Shown here one piece after another: positions 1 through 12,634 of a stretch of 64,000 bases of DNA; within the stretch, counting starts at the first letter, position 1, and each line of letters begins with the position of its first letter. Origin of the DNA: Mobula hypostoma (taxonomy: Eukaryota). The DNA lies in contig NC_086097.1 of the NCBI RefSeq assembly GCF_963921235.1, positions 18,292,001 through 18,356,000 of the forward strand. Reading direction: 5' to 3'. A model generated the notes under the pieces. It searched no databases and was not told the DNA's origin. It saw nothing but the letters and a program-made list of their open reading frames with translations. The position numbers and the translations under genes were made by a program.

Positions 1-70
1 CACACACAAACACACACACGTACACACACACAAACACACACACGCACACACACATACACATGCACACTAC
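1..70. repeat. (CA)n microsatellite, imperfect
   Basis: Run of CA dinucleotides with a few interruptions. Confidence 0.95.
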
Positions 71-356
71 ACAGTCCTCCAGCCCTAGGAAGGTACAGGC
101 CTCTGGGCCTCCAATATCCAGGCTTCAGTCATTGGTTTTTGAGTTCTGGTCAACTTCTGGGCTTTGGGTTTCACCCCTGGATTCACCAAGCCAGGATCCC
201 AAAAATCCAGGTTCAAACTCTGGGCTGCCAACTCACCGTGACTCAGGCCTCTCCACATCTTGGATGAACATTCGATCCCTGGATCTCATTGGATGTATTG
301 GGTGTGGAGGGAGCAGACGGCCATCAGAGTCTATTAGTAACAAGCTAAGATACAGG

Positions 357-580
357 AGGGCATGATAGTGTAGTGGTTAGTGTAACGCTATTACTGCGCC
401 AGTGACTTGGGTTCAATTGGGTCGCTGACTGTAAGGACTTTATATTCTCTCACTGCAACTGCGTGGGTATCCTGATTCCAAAGGCATACAGGCTATTCAG
501 TGAACTGGTCACATGAGTGTAATTTGGCGGCGCAGTCCCGTTAAGCCTTTAGAGCCATTACCATGCTGTATCTAAATAAA
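357..580 (+). mobile_element. tRNA-derived SINE (V-SINE-like), decayed
   Basis: A-box-like tagtgtagtggttag and B-box-like gggttcaatt, then a core similar to the copies at 1633 and 2552; A-rich end. Confidence 0.65.
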
Positions 581-1632
581 ATTTTTAAAAAGACCGATTT
601 TCTGCTGCTGACTCACTCCCCCAGGTGAGGGGTAAGAGAGTAAAAAAAAACTAAAGTCATTTTAGAAAAGACTCTTCAAGTTAACACAAGTTGGAACCAC
701 ATTCAAGTAAAGTGCGATATAAAGTGTGGTTGCCTGGCGATCACACAGAACACAAATCGGGCACAGTCCCCAGAGTTCCATTACATTAGGTCCTCAGCTA
801 TACCCACTGCATTTCACTGCAGTGTGCAAAGTGGCATGTGTGATTAGGCACCAGCTTAGATGAAATTAATGAGGATAAATGTAATTCTTCCATTATTAGA
901 GAACTGCTCAAAATGAAAGTACAGTGAATTAACCTTTAGCCGTTGAATTCATATATTTTCATATTCCCCGATTTAATATAAAAGGAAGTGAATGAGGCCT
1001 TAAAATGTAAAAATCTCAATAATACTACCATAACATTGAAACAAATTATTGCTGAAACATCAAACGCAAATGAATGCAGATATTCCAACACTGATCCTTC
1101 AAGTGCTGAGCAGGTGTACTTGGTTGAAGTTTTCTCTTCCTGGGCACTCCTCCCCCCCTCCAAGGTACAATCTATTGATGTAAATACTTCCAGCTGGAGA
1201 ACTCAGCCCTTAACCCTGGCTTCTCGATGAATTTAATTTCGATACGCATTGCTCTTGGTTTGTTTTTTGGAAGGTGCCTTTCAACATAATTCCTTTTAGT
1301 CGTCCTTTAATTGGGAAGATAGGAGAGTTTTTCTGATCCCTAACTGAAAGACTTGTCAGATTAAATTACAGGCAATAGATCACAAGTAGAAAGTTATTGA
1401 AACTGGTGACATGAAGCATGCTTAATTCATAAAGATACAAATCTATCTGAAAGGTTATTTTTCACTTCACTTCAAATTTATGGCTGCACTATTGAAGTAA
1501 TTGACAAATGGTAACAAACAGATTGTAAATGGAAACAAAATTCTAATAACTAACAAATAGGCACAATTGTTCTTTCATTTTTGTTCATTTTACTTCTTCC
1601 TTTTATGTGTCTTTCCCTTCTTCTCTCTCTCA

Positions 1633-1950
1633 GGGTAGCACAGTGGCATTACAGTTAGTGCAATTGCAATCACTGATCAGTTCTGATTCCCGCCACGGCC
1701 TGTAAGTTTGTATGTTTTCGTGTGACTGCTTGGATTTCCTCCGGGTGCTCTGGTTTTCTCCCACATTCCAAAGCTGTACTGGTTAGGGTTAGTACGTTGT
1801 GGGCATGCTACGTTGGTATGGGAAGCATGGCAGCATTTGCAGGCTGCTCCCAGCACAATCCTCACTGAACTGACAGGACGCAAATGATGAATTTCACTGT
1901 ACGTTTCAATGTTTTGACGTACATGTGACAAATAAAGCTAACCTGTATCT
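1633..1950 (+). mobile_element. tRNA-derived SINE (V-SINE-like)
   Basis: Core ggatttcctccgggtgctctggttttctcccacattccaaag; internal ggttagggttag; 3' tail catgtgacaaataaag. Confidence 0.75.
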
Positions 1951-2551
1951 TATCATATCTAACTCTCTAAATCTTTTCTTCTAACTTTTTATCTGCAATT
2001 TATCATCAGGTGTGGAGAAAAGCTAAAAAACCCTCATATGATGATATCAAGAAGGACTTTGATTTTCACTGCCTGTCTGAGCATCACAGCTCCCTCCAAC
2101 CCTTGTGCGCTTCCAATCCAAGATACTCCCACATCCTGAATGTTGTTCCTCCCACACAGCGAGTGGTTTCACTTCCTCATTCAGTCTCTCCTCTCTGTCA
2201 CTTCTGCCTCCTTCAATAAGCTCCTTAACCCCTGCTCCTTGCCAACCCACCCTACATGCTCAACATGAAATTTCATCTGACAACGTTCCTGGGAGGCACA
2301 TTGGAATTTACCATGTCAAAAATTATTATGTGGAGCATGTTGGATATGTGTTTTAAGTGATCGCAGTCATTTGTCATTTCTGTTTGTGAGCTTGTCGCTG
2401 TCTGGTTTTATATGGCACTCTGTAGAGTCAATAGATGTGGTCAGTAATGAAACATGATGCAGTAGGTTATCAGGTTATTCATATACTGTATGTCAATGCC
2501 TTTACAAAGTAAGCAGATGTACTGCAGAATCAAAAGCAGGGAACTCCTCAG

Positions 2552-3220
2552 GAGCAGTACAGTTAGTGTAACATTTAACAGTGCCAGTGATCTGGGTTCA
2601 ATTCCCAACACTGTCTGTATCTTCTCCCTGTGACAGCATGGGTTTCCTTCGGATGCTCCAGTTTCTTCCCACAGTCCAAAGACATATGGGTTAGGGTTAG
2701 TAAGTTCATAGACGTATGGGTTAGGATTAGTAAGTTATGGGTTAGTAAGTTCAGAGACATATGGGTTAGGGTTAGTAAGTTCATAGACGTATGGGTTCGG
2801 GTTAGTAAGTTATGGGTTAATAAGTTCAGAGACGTAGGGGTTAGGGTTAGTAAGTTATGGGTTAATAAGGTCAGAGACATATGAGTTAGGGTTAGTAAGT
2901 TATGGGTTAGTAAGTTCAGAGACATATGGGTTAGGGTTAGTAAGTTCATAGACGTATGGGTTCGGGTTAGTAAGTTATGGGTTAATAAGTTCAGAGATGT
3001 AGGGGTTAGGGCTAGTAAGTTATGGGTTAATAAGTTCAGAGACATATGAGTTAGGGTTAGTAAGTTATGGGTTAGTAAGTTCAGAGACATATAGGTTAGG
3101 GTTAGTAAGTTATGGGCACTTGTGGGCCACCCCCAGCACATACTCGAAGTGTGTTGGTCATTATTTAAGCAAATTACACATTTCACTGGATGTCTCGATG
3201 TACAAAGCTCATCTTAATCT
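2552..3220 (+). mobile_element. V-SINE-like SINE containing an internal minisatellite expansion
   Basis: Head with gggttcaattcc, core gggtttccttcggatgctccagtttcttcccacagtccaaagac, then the tandem array, then the normal 3' part. Confidence 0.75.
2680..3116 (+). repeat. Minisatellite of 30-bp and 15-bp units with telomere-like GGTTAG hexamers
   Basis: Units taagttca(t/g)agac(a/g)tatgggttagggttag (30 bp) interspersed with taagttatgggtta(g/a) (15 bp). Confidence 0.92.
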
Positions 3221-3589
3221 TAAAAGAAACCCTTTTATAGTTATATCAAGACCAAGGCAGCAATCTAAATTTCTGAATGAGCGATGAATCCGTGAACACT
3301 ACCTCACTATGCTCTCTTTTTGCACTACTTATATAATTTAAAGTTTTTACATATAGTTCTTATTGTAATTTAGAGTTTTCTTTTATTATTATGTATTGCA
3401 ATGTTCTGCTGCCACAAAATAGCAAATTTCATGACGTATGCCAGTGACATTAAACCTGATTCTGATTCTATTCTACCACACCACTCTGATCATACTGTCC
3501 ACCATAACACTTATAAAGAAATAAATCGATAAATGGATCCCTTACAACAACATGTCACTGGACGAATAAATCTCTTGGTACTGATAATC

Positions 3590-4757
3590 ATGGGTTTTAG
3601 TAAGTTGTTTAACAAAGTCCCTCACGGGAGGCTAATCCACCCACAAGATTAAGATGCATGGGTCTGTGGTGAATTGGCTGTTAGGATTCTGAACTAGCTT
3701 GCGTGTAAAAGACAGAGAGTAGTGGTTGAAGGGACTTTTTCGAGCTTATTCGACGTCTGTAATTGTTGGAGTTCCACAGTGACCTGTGCTGGGATCTCTG
3801 CTGATTGTAATGTACATAAATGTTCTGGATGAAAATGTAGATGGACGAGTTATAAATTTGTGGATGATACCAAGACTGGTGGAGCTATGGATAGTGTTAG
3901 AACACTGGCAAAGAATACAGCACAATATAGATCAGTTGCAGATATGGGCTGAGAAATGCCAGATGGAGTTTAACCCAGATAAATGTGAGGTGTTGCAGCT
4001 TGGGAGGGCAAATGCAAGGAGACAGAGCACTGTTAAGCGCAAGATCCTTAACAGAGTTGCTGAGCAGAGAGATCTTGGGATCGAAATTCATATCTCCTTG
4101 AAAGTGGCTACATTGGTTAATAAGGTGGCGAAGAAGGCTTATGGAATACTTGCTTTTATTAGTCGAGGCATTGTTCAAAATTCTGGAGTTTATGTTGCAA
4201 CTTGATAAAACTCCAGCTAGGCCGCATCTGGAGTATTGCGTAGAGCTCTGGTTGCCCCAGTTTAGGATGTGAGGCTTTGGAGAGGGTGCAGAAGAGGTTT
4301 TCCAGCATGTTGCTTGGTTTAGAGGACATGTGCTTTCACGACAGGCTGGATAAACTCGGGTTGTTTCCTCTAGAGCACCAGAAGATGAGGAGAAATCTGA
4401 CAGAGGCTTACAAGATTATGAGAGGCATGGATAGAGTGAACAGAAAGTATCTGTTTCCCACGGTTGAATTGTTTAATACAGAGGACATGCACTGAAGGTG
4501 AGAGGGGGACATGAGGGGTAAGTTTCTCACTCAGAGAGTCATTGATTCCTGGTATGGTGGTAGAGGCAAATACATTAGAAGCCTTTAAGAGAAGTTTGTT
4601 TAGACACATGGATGTGGGGAAGATGGAGGAATATAGACGTGGTTTTAGTGGGAGAGATTAGTGTTTGGGTGTTTTTGATTTGCTTTGTAGCTGGTTCGGC
4701 ACAACATTGTGGGCCGAATGGCCTGCTCCTATGCTATACTCTTCTATGTTCTATGTC
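3590..4757 (+). mobile_element. CR1 LINE 3' fragment (decayed RT C-terminal region and 3' UTR)
   Basis: ORF fragments IWAEKCQMEFNPDKCEVL and MERVQKRF; tail ttctatgttctatg. Confidence 0.9.
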
Positions 4758-5269
4758 TTAATGTCAGAGAGTGAAGATAGACTGAAGTACGTCTTAGGGC
4801 TGGATAAAGCATGTGGGAAGTGTGAAAGAGGCAAATGCAATGTCAGCTAGAGGAGAAATTCAAGCACAACAGCACACTTTCAAAACAGAGCACCCCCGGA
4901 CTACCAATACTGATGATGGAAGAGTGAGTAGGGAGATAGAGCTGCGTTACTCAAAACCAAGCGTCATCAATCCTGTCAACATCAATCAATACACACTCGC
5001 ATCAAGGGAAACCTTTCACAAGCAATTGTCCGACCGGAACTTTACAACCTTTGTCAGATCTGGACCTCAACATCACAGCACAAAAGGAACTAATGATGGC
5101 TGAAATTTTTGCCCCTGCAGAAGATGGCAGGCAAGATGTGAGAGTAATAAAGTCAGGAAACTCAATATTCAACAATCAAGCAAGAAATCCAAGAAAATAA
5201 ATCTATCTCTTCACTTGAAGAAGACAGGAGAAGGACATTAAGAAGATGAGATATATACACACACACACA

Positions 5270-5314
<45 letters not shown>

Positions 5315-5598
5315 TCAAATTTAAGTATATTTGTCACACGCACATCAAAACGTACAATGAAATGCATTGTTTGCATCAAATCAAACAGCGAGAATTGTGC
5401 TAGGCAGCCGCAAACGTCGCTTTGCTTCTGACGCCAACATAGCCTGCCCACAGTGAGCAGTAGAGAGCATCCCAACAAACTGCATCATTGCATGGTATGG
5501 AAATTGTCTGTGCCAGACAGGAAGGCTCTACTATGGGTAGTCCAAACTTCCCAATGCATCACCGGCATCAGTCCATCCGCCATCAAGGTCATACAGTA

Positions 5599-6863
5599 TG
5601 TAACCCTCTCACCATGGCTTGTAACAAACTTGGCTCGTTAGCGGACTACTAACAGCCATGTGACTCAGCGGTGAGAAGGTCAGTACGATTTGGATCTCCT
5701 CTGTGGATTGTCATCTTGTCATGGTGAAGATGCTTGTGTGGTCCTATGATCTGGAGAGCGATGCCATCTGAAGCTATGCTCCTGGTAGGGTCACCCATGG
5801 CGGTAAGGTCGAGGGTGAGGTCCCTGACAAAGAACAATCCAACCAAGACCTCAACGGTGGAACAGGCAGATGAAGTTACTTTGAACTCAATGGCTGTGAA
5901 GGCGGATGAAGGCTGCAACAAATCCATCAGCTCCAATTGTCGTGGTTTCCATGCCATTGGAATCAGTTGGTTGATTTGTGAAGTTTCGTGTGCTTCTTGG
6001 AGTGCAACGTCAAGTACAAGTTAAACAAATACGCGCACAGGTATCTTTTCTCTGTGGGCCACTTCTTCAGAATGAAGACCATCATCCTCGACCTCCAGGG
6101 ATAGCCACAACGACGACGATGACTTGGGTTCAACCAAACAGGAAAGTTGGAATGTTCTGGGGAGGGAATGAGAATTATGGTGAATGCTGTGTAAGTACTG
6201 CCCCATGCAAAGTTATTGTTTGCCAGGAAATAACATGTTGTTCACCAGAGTAAGATTACAGTGGAAGTATATTTATCAATATTCCAACTCTAACAAACAG
6301 TTAACAGAAAAGAAAAGTTACAGGTACACCAGACTAAATGTGCACATAAACGTTGGAGCTCATTTCTGTAGTATTTGGGTGTATTGCTTTACTCACAGTG
6401 CTGGACTCCCATCACCAGTCACAGGTCGAACTTCCCTCAAACAACATCACGAATAAACTGGCGAACTCACAAGTATTGGCACTTCCTCCTTGAAATCATT
6501 TGTCTGCACAAAGCTTTCCTTTGTACTCCAAGCAAATTTTCTCGTGCTTTCCTCTGCACCTCCTGGCAAAAGACCACAAACCAAACCACCATCCTTCAGC
6601 AATCTGATCCCGCCCAGCTCTCTCAAATCTTCCACAGCATCCCAGAGGGCAGAATGTTACAACACCTTACCTAAACAAACCTGAATGGCTGACACAACAT
6701 CCCTAGATTGGGCAAATGGCTCCTTTTGCTGAAGCCAAGTCACTAGTCTATGAAACTTAACTAATAGGACACACTGCTGATGCAGAAAAACAGCTAATAT
6801 AAAAATACCCCACAGCATAGCAGTAGAAATACAATAAAACATGTTCTGAACCAGGGCATTACA
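5599..6863. mobile_element. Probable solo LTR (Gypsy-type) with a nested insertion
   Basis: Termini TGTAA...TTACA flanked by a 4-bp direct repeat AGTA (5595-5598 and 6864-6867); interrupts the surrounding LINE. Confidence 0.6.
5610..6123 (+). mobile_element. Short non-autonomous RTE-like element
   Basis: Leader cttgtcatggtgaagatgcttgtgtgg...gctatgctcctggtagggtcacccatggc resembles recalled Rex3/BovB-type RTE leaders; (ACG)n-like tail; no convincing ORF. Confidence 0.55.
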
Positions 6864-7671
6864 AGTACAAAGTAGATACAGAAAGGTGCCATAAAAGGGA
6901 CCATGAAGGATCGCACTGACCCTGCTCATGGTCCGTTTGTCGCACTTTCATCAGGGAGGAGGCTATATAGATTCAATGCCAGGGCTACCAGACTCAAAAG
7001 TAGTTACTTTCCCCAAGCAGTAAAGCTGATCAACACCTCCACCCACTAACCCACCCCTCTACACACCCCACCACTATTACTTTATCATTTCCTGTCAGTC
7101 ACTTACGTCCAGACAGTTCTGTGCCTGTCGTCACTTTATGGGTACATGAGCATCTATCTATATAAGCTATTTTATCTATTTATATATTTATTGTGTTCTT
7201 TAAAAATTATTATTGTGTTCTTGATCTTATTGTGCTTTTCCATGCTGCACCAGCGCCCAAGTTCTCCTTTACACTTGTGTGCTGGGAATGACATTAAGCA
7301 GACTTGAATCTTAAATTTTGAACCTTGATGACGTTATATTTGAACGTATGCAGAATACGCAATAAGGTAGATGATCTGGAAGCACTGTTGGAAACTGCAA
7401 GGTGTGACATTGTGGATATTATTGAGTCATGGCTGAAAGAAAATCGTGTTTGGAAGCTTAACACCCAAGGACACACATGGTAGCAAAAGGACAGTCAGGT
7501 GAGCAGAGGAGTGGGTGACTCAATTGGTGAAAAATGACATCAAAACCTTTGAGGCCTTAAAGGCCTCTGAACAGTAGCCAGGACATAGGCTACATATTAC
7601 AAAGGGAGATTAAAAAGGCATGTAAATATGACAATATTATGATAATCATGGGGTATATCAACATGCAGGTA

Positions 7672-9136
7672 TAGTGTCTATAAAAAGTATTCATCCCCCC
7701 CCCACCCCAAGAAGTTTTCACGTTTTATTGTTTTACAACATTGAACCACAGAGGATTTAGTTTGGCTTTTTGACACTGATCAAGAGTGAAAGACTCTTTT
7801 GTATCAAAATGAAGACAGATCTCTTACAAAGTGATGTAAATTCATTACAAATATGAAGCACAAAATAAGTGACTGCGTAAGGATTCACCCCCTTTTATTA
7901 TGACACTGGTGCAACCAATTGGTTTCAGAAGTCACATAATTAATTAAATGGGGATACTGCTGGTGAGTCAGTATCCTGGCAAAAACTAACCATAAAGACA
8001 AAAGAACACTCCAAGCAACTCTGCAAAAAGATTATTGAAAAGCACAAGTCAGGAGGTGGATGCAAGAAAATTTCTAAGTCACTGAAGTACAGTTAAGTCA
8101 ATCATCAAGAAATGGAAAGAATATGGCACAGCTGTAAATCTGCCTGGAGCAGGTTGTCCTCATGCTAGAAGGGGACTAGTGAGGGAGGCCACCAAGAGAC
8201 CTATGACAGCTCTGGAGGTTACAAGCTTCAGTGGCTGAGATGGGAGAGACTGTGCGTACAACAACTGTTGCCTGGGTGCTTCACCAGTCATAGCTTTATG
8301 GGAGAATGGCAAAGAGAAAGCCACTGTTGAAAAAAACTCACGTGAATCTCAGCTAGAGTTTGGCAGAAGGCATGAGGGAGACTCTGAACGCAGCTGGAAG
8401 AAGGTTCGATGGTCTGATGAAACCAAAATTGAGCTTCTTGGCCATCAGACGGAATGTAATGTTTGGCATAAGCCAAACACCACATATCATCAAAAACTTC
8501 ACTGCAGCAGCCCCTGGAAGGCTTGTGAAGGTAGAAGGTAAATGAATGCAGCAAAATATAAGGAAATCCTGGAGGAAAATCTGATGCAGTCTGCAAGAGA
8601 TCTGTGAGTTAGGAGAAGATTTGTTTTCCAGCAAGATAATGACCCCAAGCATAAAGTCAAAGCTACACAGGAATGGCTTAAAAACAACAAAGTTAATGTC
8701 CTGGAATGGCCAAGTCTGAGTCCAGACATCAATCCAATTGAGAATTTGTGGCTGGACTTGAAAAGGACTGTTTACTCACGGTTCCCATGCAATCTGGCAG
8801 AGCTTGAGCAGTTCTGTAAAGAATGGGGGAAAATTGCAGTGTCCTGATGTGCAAAGCTGATAGAGACCTATCCACACAGACTAAAGGGGATAATCGCTGC
8901 CAAAGGTGCATCTACTAAATACAGACTTGAAGGAGTGAATACTTATGTTATTAATTATATTTGTAATTAATTTAGTTCACTTTGTAGAGATCCATTTTCA
9001 TTTTGACATGAAAGTCTTTTTCCTTTGATGAGTAACAAAAGAGCCAAATTAATGTTGTAAAATTTTGTGATTTAATGTTGTTAAACAATAAAACATGAAA
9101 ACTTCCAAGGGCGATACGTACTTTTTATAGGTACTG
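7672..9136 (+). mobile_element. Tc1/mariner DNA transposon, IR/DR type with ~220 bp TIRs
   Basis: TA then (c/t)agtgtctataaaaagtattc ... tactttttataggtactg then CA (mutated TA); inner repeats aaggattcaccccc and ggagtgaatactt. Confidence 0.92.
7990..8921 (+). pseudogene. Tc1 DDE transposase, frameshifted and partly deleted
   Basis: Motifs KTKEHSKQL, WSDETK (tggtctgatgaaaccaaa), FQQDNDPKH and [11 protein letters not shown]. Confidence 0.9.
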
Positions 9137-11124
9137 CAGACTGGAAAAATCAGGTTGGTGCTGGATCACAAGAGAGGGAGTTTGTAGAATGACTATGAGA
9201 TGGCTTTTTAGAGCAGTTTGTGGTTGAGCCCACTAGGGGAAAGGCAATTCTGGACTGGGTGTTTGTAAAGAAACAGATTTGATTAGGTGGCTTAAGAAAA
9301 GGGAAACCTTAAGAGGCAGTGTTCATAGTATGATCAAATTCACCCTGCAGTTTGAGAGGGAGACAAAGTCAGATGTATCCGTATTACAGTGAAAAAAAAA
9401 GGAAATTACAGCGGCATGAGAGAGGAGCTGGCCAAGGCTGCTTGGAAGGAGACACTGGCAGGGATGATAACAAAACTGCAATGGCTGGAGTTTTGTGGAG
9501 CCTTTCTGAAAGTGTAGGAAAAATACATCCCAAAGATGAAGAAATATTTTAAAGGAAGGATGAGGCAATCGTGACTGACAAGGGAAGCCAAAGACAGCAT
9601 GAAAGCAAGAGAGGGCACAGAATATAGCCAAAATTATTGGGAACTTAGAGGATTGGGAAGCTTTTAAAAACTAACGGACAATTAAAAATGCCACTGAAAA
9701 GCCTTCTGAAAATCTAAGTACACCACGTCTACTGCATCTCCTTTGTCTAACCTGCTTGTAATTTCCTAAAGAACTGCAGTAGGTTTGTCAGGCAGGATTT
9801 TCCTTTCAGGTGTCTCCTGATATTCTGTAATCTCATCCATAACAATCGATTCCAGCAACTTCCTAACCACTGATGTCAGGCCAGCAGGTCTACAGTTTCC
9901 CTTCTGCTGCCTTCCACCCTTCTTAAATAGTGGAGTAACATTTCCAATTTTCCAGTCATCCGGTACAATGCCAGAATCTATCGATTGTTAAAAGATCATC
10001 AAAAACCCGAGGGTGTATTCCATCAGGTCCAGGAGATTTATCCACCCTCAGACCATTAAGCTTCCTGAGCACCTTCTCAGTTGTAATTTTCACTGCACAA
10101 ACTTCTCTTCCCTGACACCCTTGAATGTCCGGTATATGTCTTCCACTATGAAGACTGATGCAAAATACGCATTCAGTTCCTCTGCCATCTCTGCATCTCT
10201 CATTACATTATCTCCAGCGTCATTTTGTATTGGTCCTGTATATATACCCTCGACTCCCTTTTACCCTTGAAATACTTAAAAAAGCTTTTACTATCTTCTT
10301 TGATATTAGTTGCCAGCTTCCTTTCATAATTCATCTTTTCCTTCCTAATGACCTTCTTAGTTTCCTTCCCCAAGTTTTTCAAAGCTTCCCAATCCTTTAT
10401 TTTCTCACTAGCTCTGGCTTCCTTGTATGACCTCTCTTTTGCTTTTACTTTGGCTCTGACTTCACTTGTCAGCCACGGTAGTGTCCTTCTTCCATTTGAA
10501 AATTTCTTCTTATTTGGAATATATCTGTTTTGCACTTCCCTCATTTTTCGCAAAAACTCCGGCCATTGCTGCTCTGCTGTCCTTCCTGTAAATGTCCCTT
10601 TCCAGTCAACTTTGGCCAGTTCCCCTCTCATGCCATTGTAATTTCCTTTATTCCACTGAAATACCGACACATTGGATTTTATTTTTTCCCTCTCAAATTT
10701 CAATGTGAACTCAATCATATTGTGATCACTGTTCCCTAGGGGTTCCTCACCTTAAACTCTCTTATCACCTCCGGATTATTGCACCACATCCAGTCCAGCA
10801 CAGCCGATCCCCTAGTGGGCTCAATAAGAAGCTGTTTCAAAAATCCAGCCCTTAGACATTCTACAAATTCTCTCTCTTGAGGTCCAGTGCAGACCTGGTT
10901 TCCCAATCCACTTTTATATTAAAATCCCCAAAGATTATCATGACATTGCCTTTCTGACACACCTTTTCTATCTCCTGCTGTAATTTGTAATCCACATCCC
11001 GGCTGCTGTTTGGAGGCCTGTATACAACTGCCATTAGGGTCCTTTTACCCTTGCCATTTCTTAACTCAACCCCTAGAGACTCTACACCTTCCAGTCCTAT
11101 GTCAATCCAATCCTACGTACCTGT

Positions 11125-11803
11125 AGGAGGGAGAAGTTGGCGGTGCGACGCAGCGCGTGCGGCCTCTCCAGTGAAATTATGTCATATTTGTTTAAATAGG
11201 GGCTGTGCACAATCATGATTTGATGGAGACAGACGTGAGAAGCACAGAGGAACATCTGGAGAAACTTCGGAAATGCCCGGTTCACTGTCGTTGCTACAGT
11301 GCGATTGAGAATCTCCAGAGGGAAAGGCCCCAAATCCTTGGCTTTGCCTGTTGCTAGCGGCTGGAGCTGGGGTCGAAGCGCTTGGCAGAGGTGGTGCTCG
11401 GTGCTCGGTGTTGGAGGGCTGGACGGAGGCTCGAAGTTTTCGGAAGGACTGAGAGTCGGATGGTGGTCGGGTGCTTCCATGATGCTGCATCGGCAAGTTT
11501 GCGGCGCTGGAAGCTCATGGCAGGGAGAGTTTTCTTCCTTCTACCGTCTGCGTGAGTAGTTAGGACTTTCGAGAGACTTTGAGACATTTTTTTACCGTGC
11601 CCATGGCCTGTGCTTCATCAAGTTACAGTATTGCTTGCACTGTTGTAATAATTATGTGGTTTTTGTCAGTTTTTCAGTCTTGGTCTGTCTTGTGTTTCTG
11701 TGATATCACACTGGAGGAGCATTGTATCATTTCTTAATGCATGCATTACTAAATGACAATAAAAGAGGACTGCGTGTCCTCATAATCTAATCTAATCTAA
11801 TCT
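11125..11803 (+). mobile_element. ~680 bp non-autonomous retroelement with (TCTAA)n tail, copy 1
   Basis: GC-rich head gagaagttggcgg; 3' end aaatgacaataaaagaggactgcgtgtcctcataatctaatctaatct; colinear with 60443-61130. Confidence 0.85.
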
Positions 11804-12634
11804 CCTTCAAATGACTTAATATTTTTTCTTATACACAGAGCCACACCACCCCCTCTGCCTACCAACCTATCTTTCCAATACACTGTATATCCTTGGATGG
11901 CGGCCATCATTTAGCCAAGTTTCAGTGATTGCTACAATGTCATACTTGCCAATCTGTAGCCGAATTTCAAGATCGTCCATTTTATTCCTTGTGTTGCGTG
12001 CATTCAAATATAACACTTTCAGTCTAGTATTTTTTGCTTTCTGTTTTAACTGCACCATATCTCTGTTGACCTGTAACTCATGCTACTGGCTGTGACTAAG
12101 CTTCATCTCCTGCCTGTTCTTTCTGTTGCATGCTATCTTTGATTTATTGCTGTTTTCCCCTTCCTCAGCCCTATCACTCCGATTCCCATACCCCTGCCAA
12201 ATTTGTTTAAACCTTCCCTAACAGCTCTATTAAATTTACCTGCTAGGATATTGGACCCCTTTGGGTACAGGTGTAACCCACCCTTTTTGTGCAGGTTGTA
12301 CCTCCCCCAACGTGTACCAAGACTTCTGGCTGTTTACCCTCTCCCTTTAGAATACTCTGCACCCAGTCCGAGATATCCCATACCCTGGCACCTAGGAGGC
12401 AACACACTATGCGGGTATCTCTATCAGGCTGACAGAACCTCCTGTCTGTTCCCCTCACTATGGAATCCCCCTATGACTACTGCATTCCTCATCTTCCTCT
12501 CTCCCTTCTGCGCCACGGAACCAGGCTCAGTGCCAGAGACCCGCTCGCTGTGGTCGTCCTCCGTCAGATCATCCCCCTCAACCACATCCAAAACGAGATA
12601 ACACAGGGGTACTCTCTATTATATGAGCTCTTAA

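Larger units (their letters stand above)
5455..7310 (+). mobile_element. Rex1/Babar-like LINE 3' end, interrupted by a solo LTR
   Basis: gagagcatcc...tgcattgcatggtatggaaattg resumes near 6875 with atacagaaaggtgcc...; tail aatgacattaa. Confidence 0.65.
7320..9690 (+). mobile_element. CR1 LINE ORF2 endonuclease fragment, interrupted by a Tc1
   Basis: Decayed LYLNVCRIRNKVDDL-like start; the sequence rejoins across the Tc1 (catgcaggta|gactggaaaaatcaggttgg). Confidence 0.8.

Noticed and set aside
2680..3116. CRISPR-like or true telomeric array
   Set aside because: There are no unique spacers and no cas genes; the hexamers occur only in pairs within longer units derived from the SINE core.
2575..3186. 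203-aa repetitive ORF (NLLTHNLLTLTH...)
   Set aside because: Artefact of 15- and 30-bp tandem units (multiples of 3) inside a SINE; no gene context.
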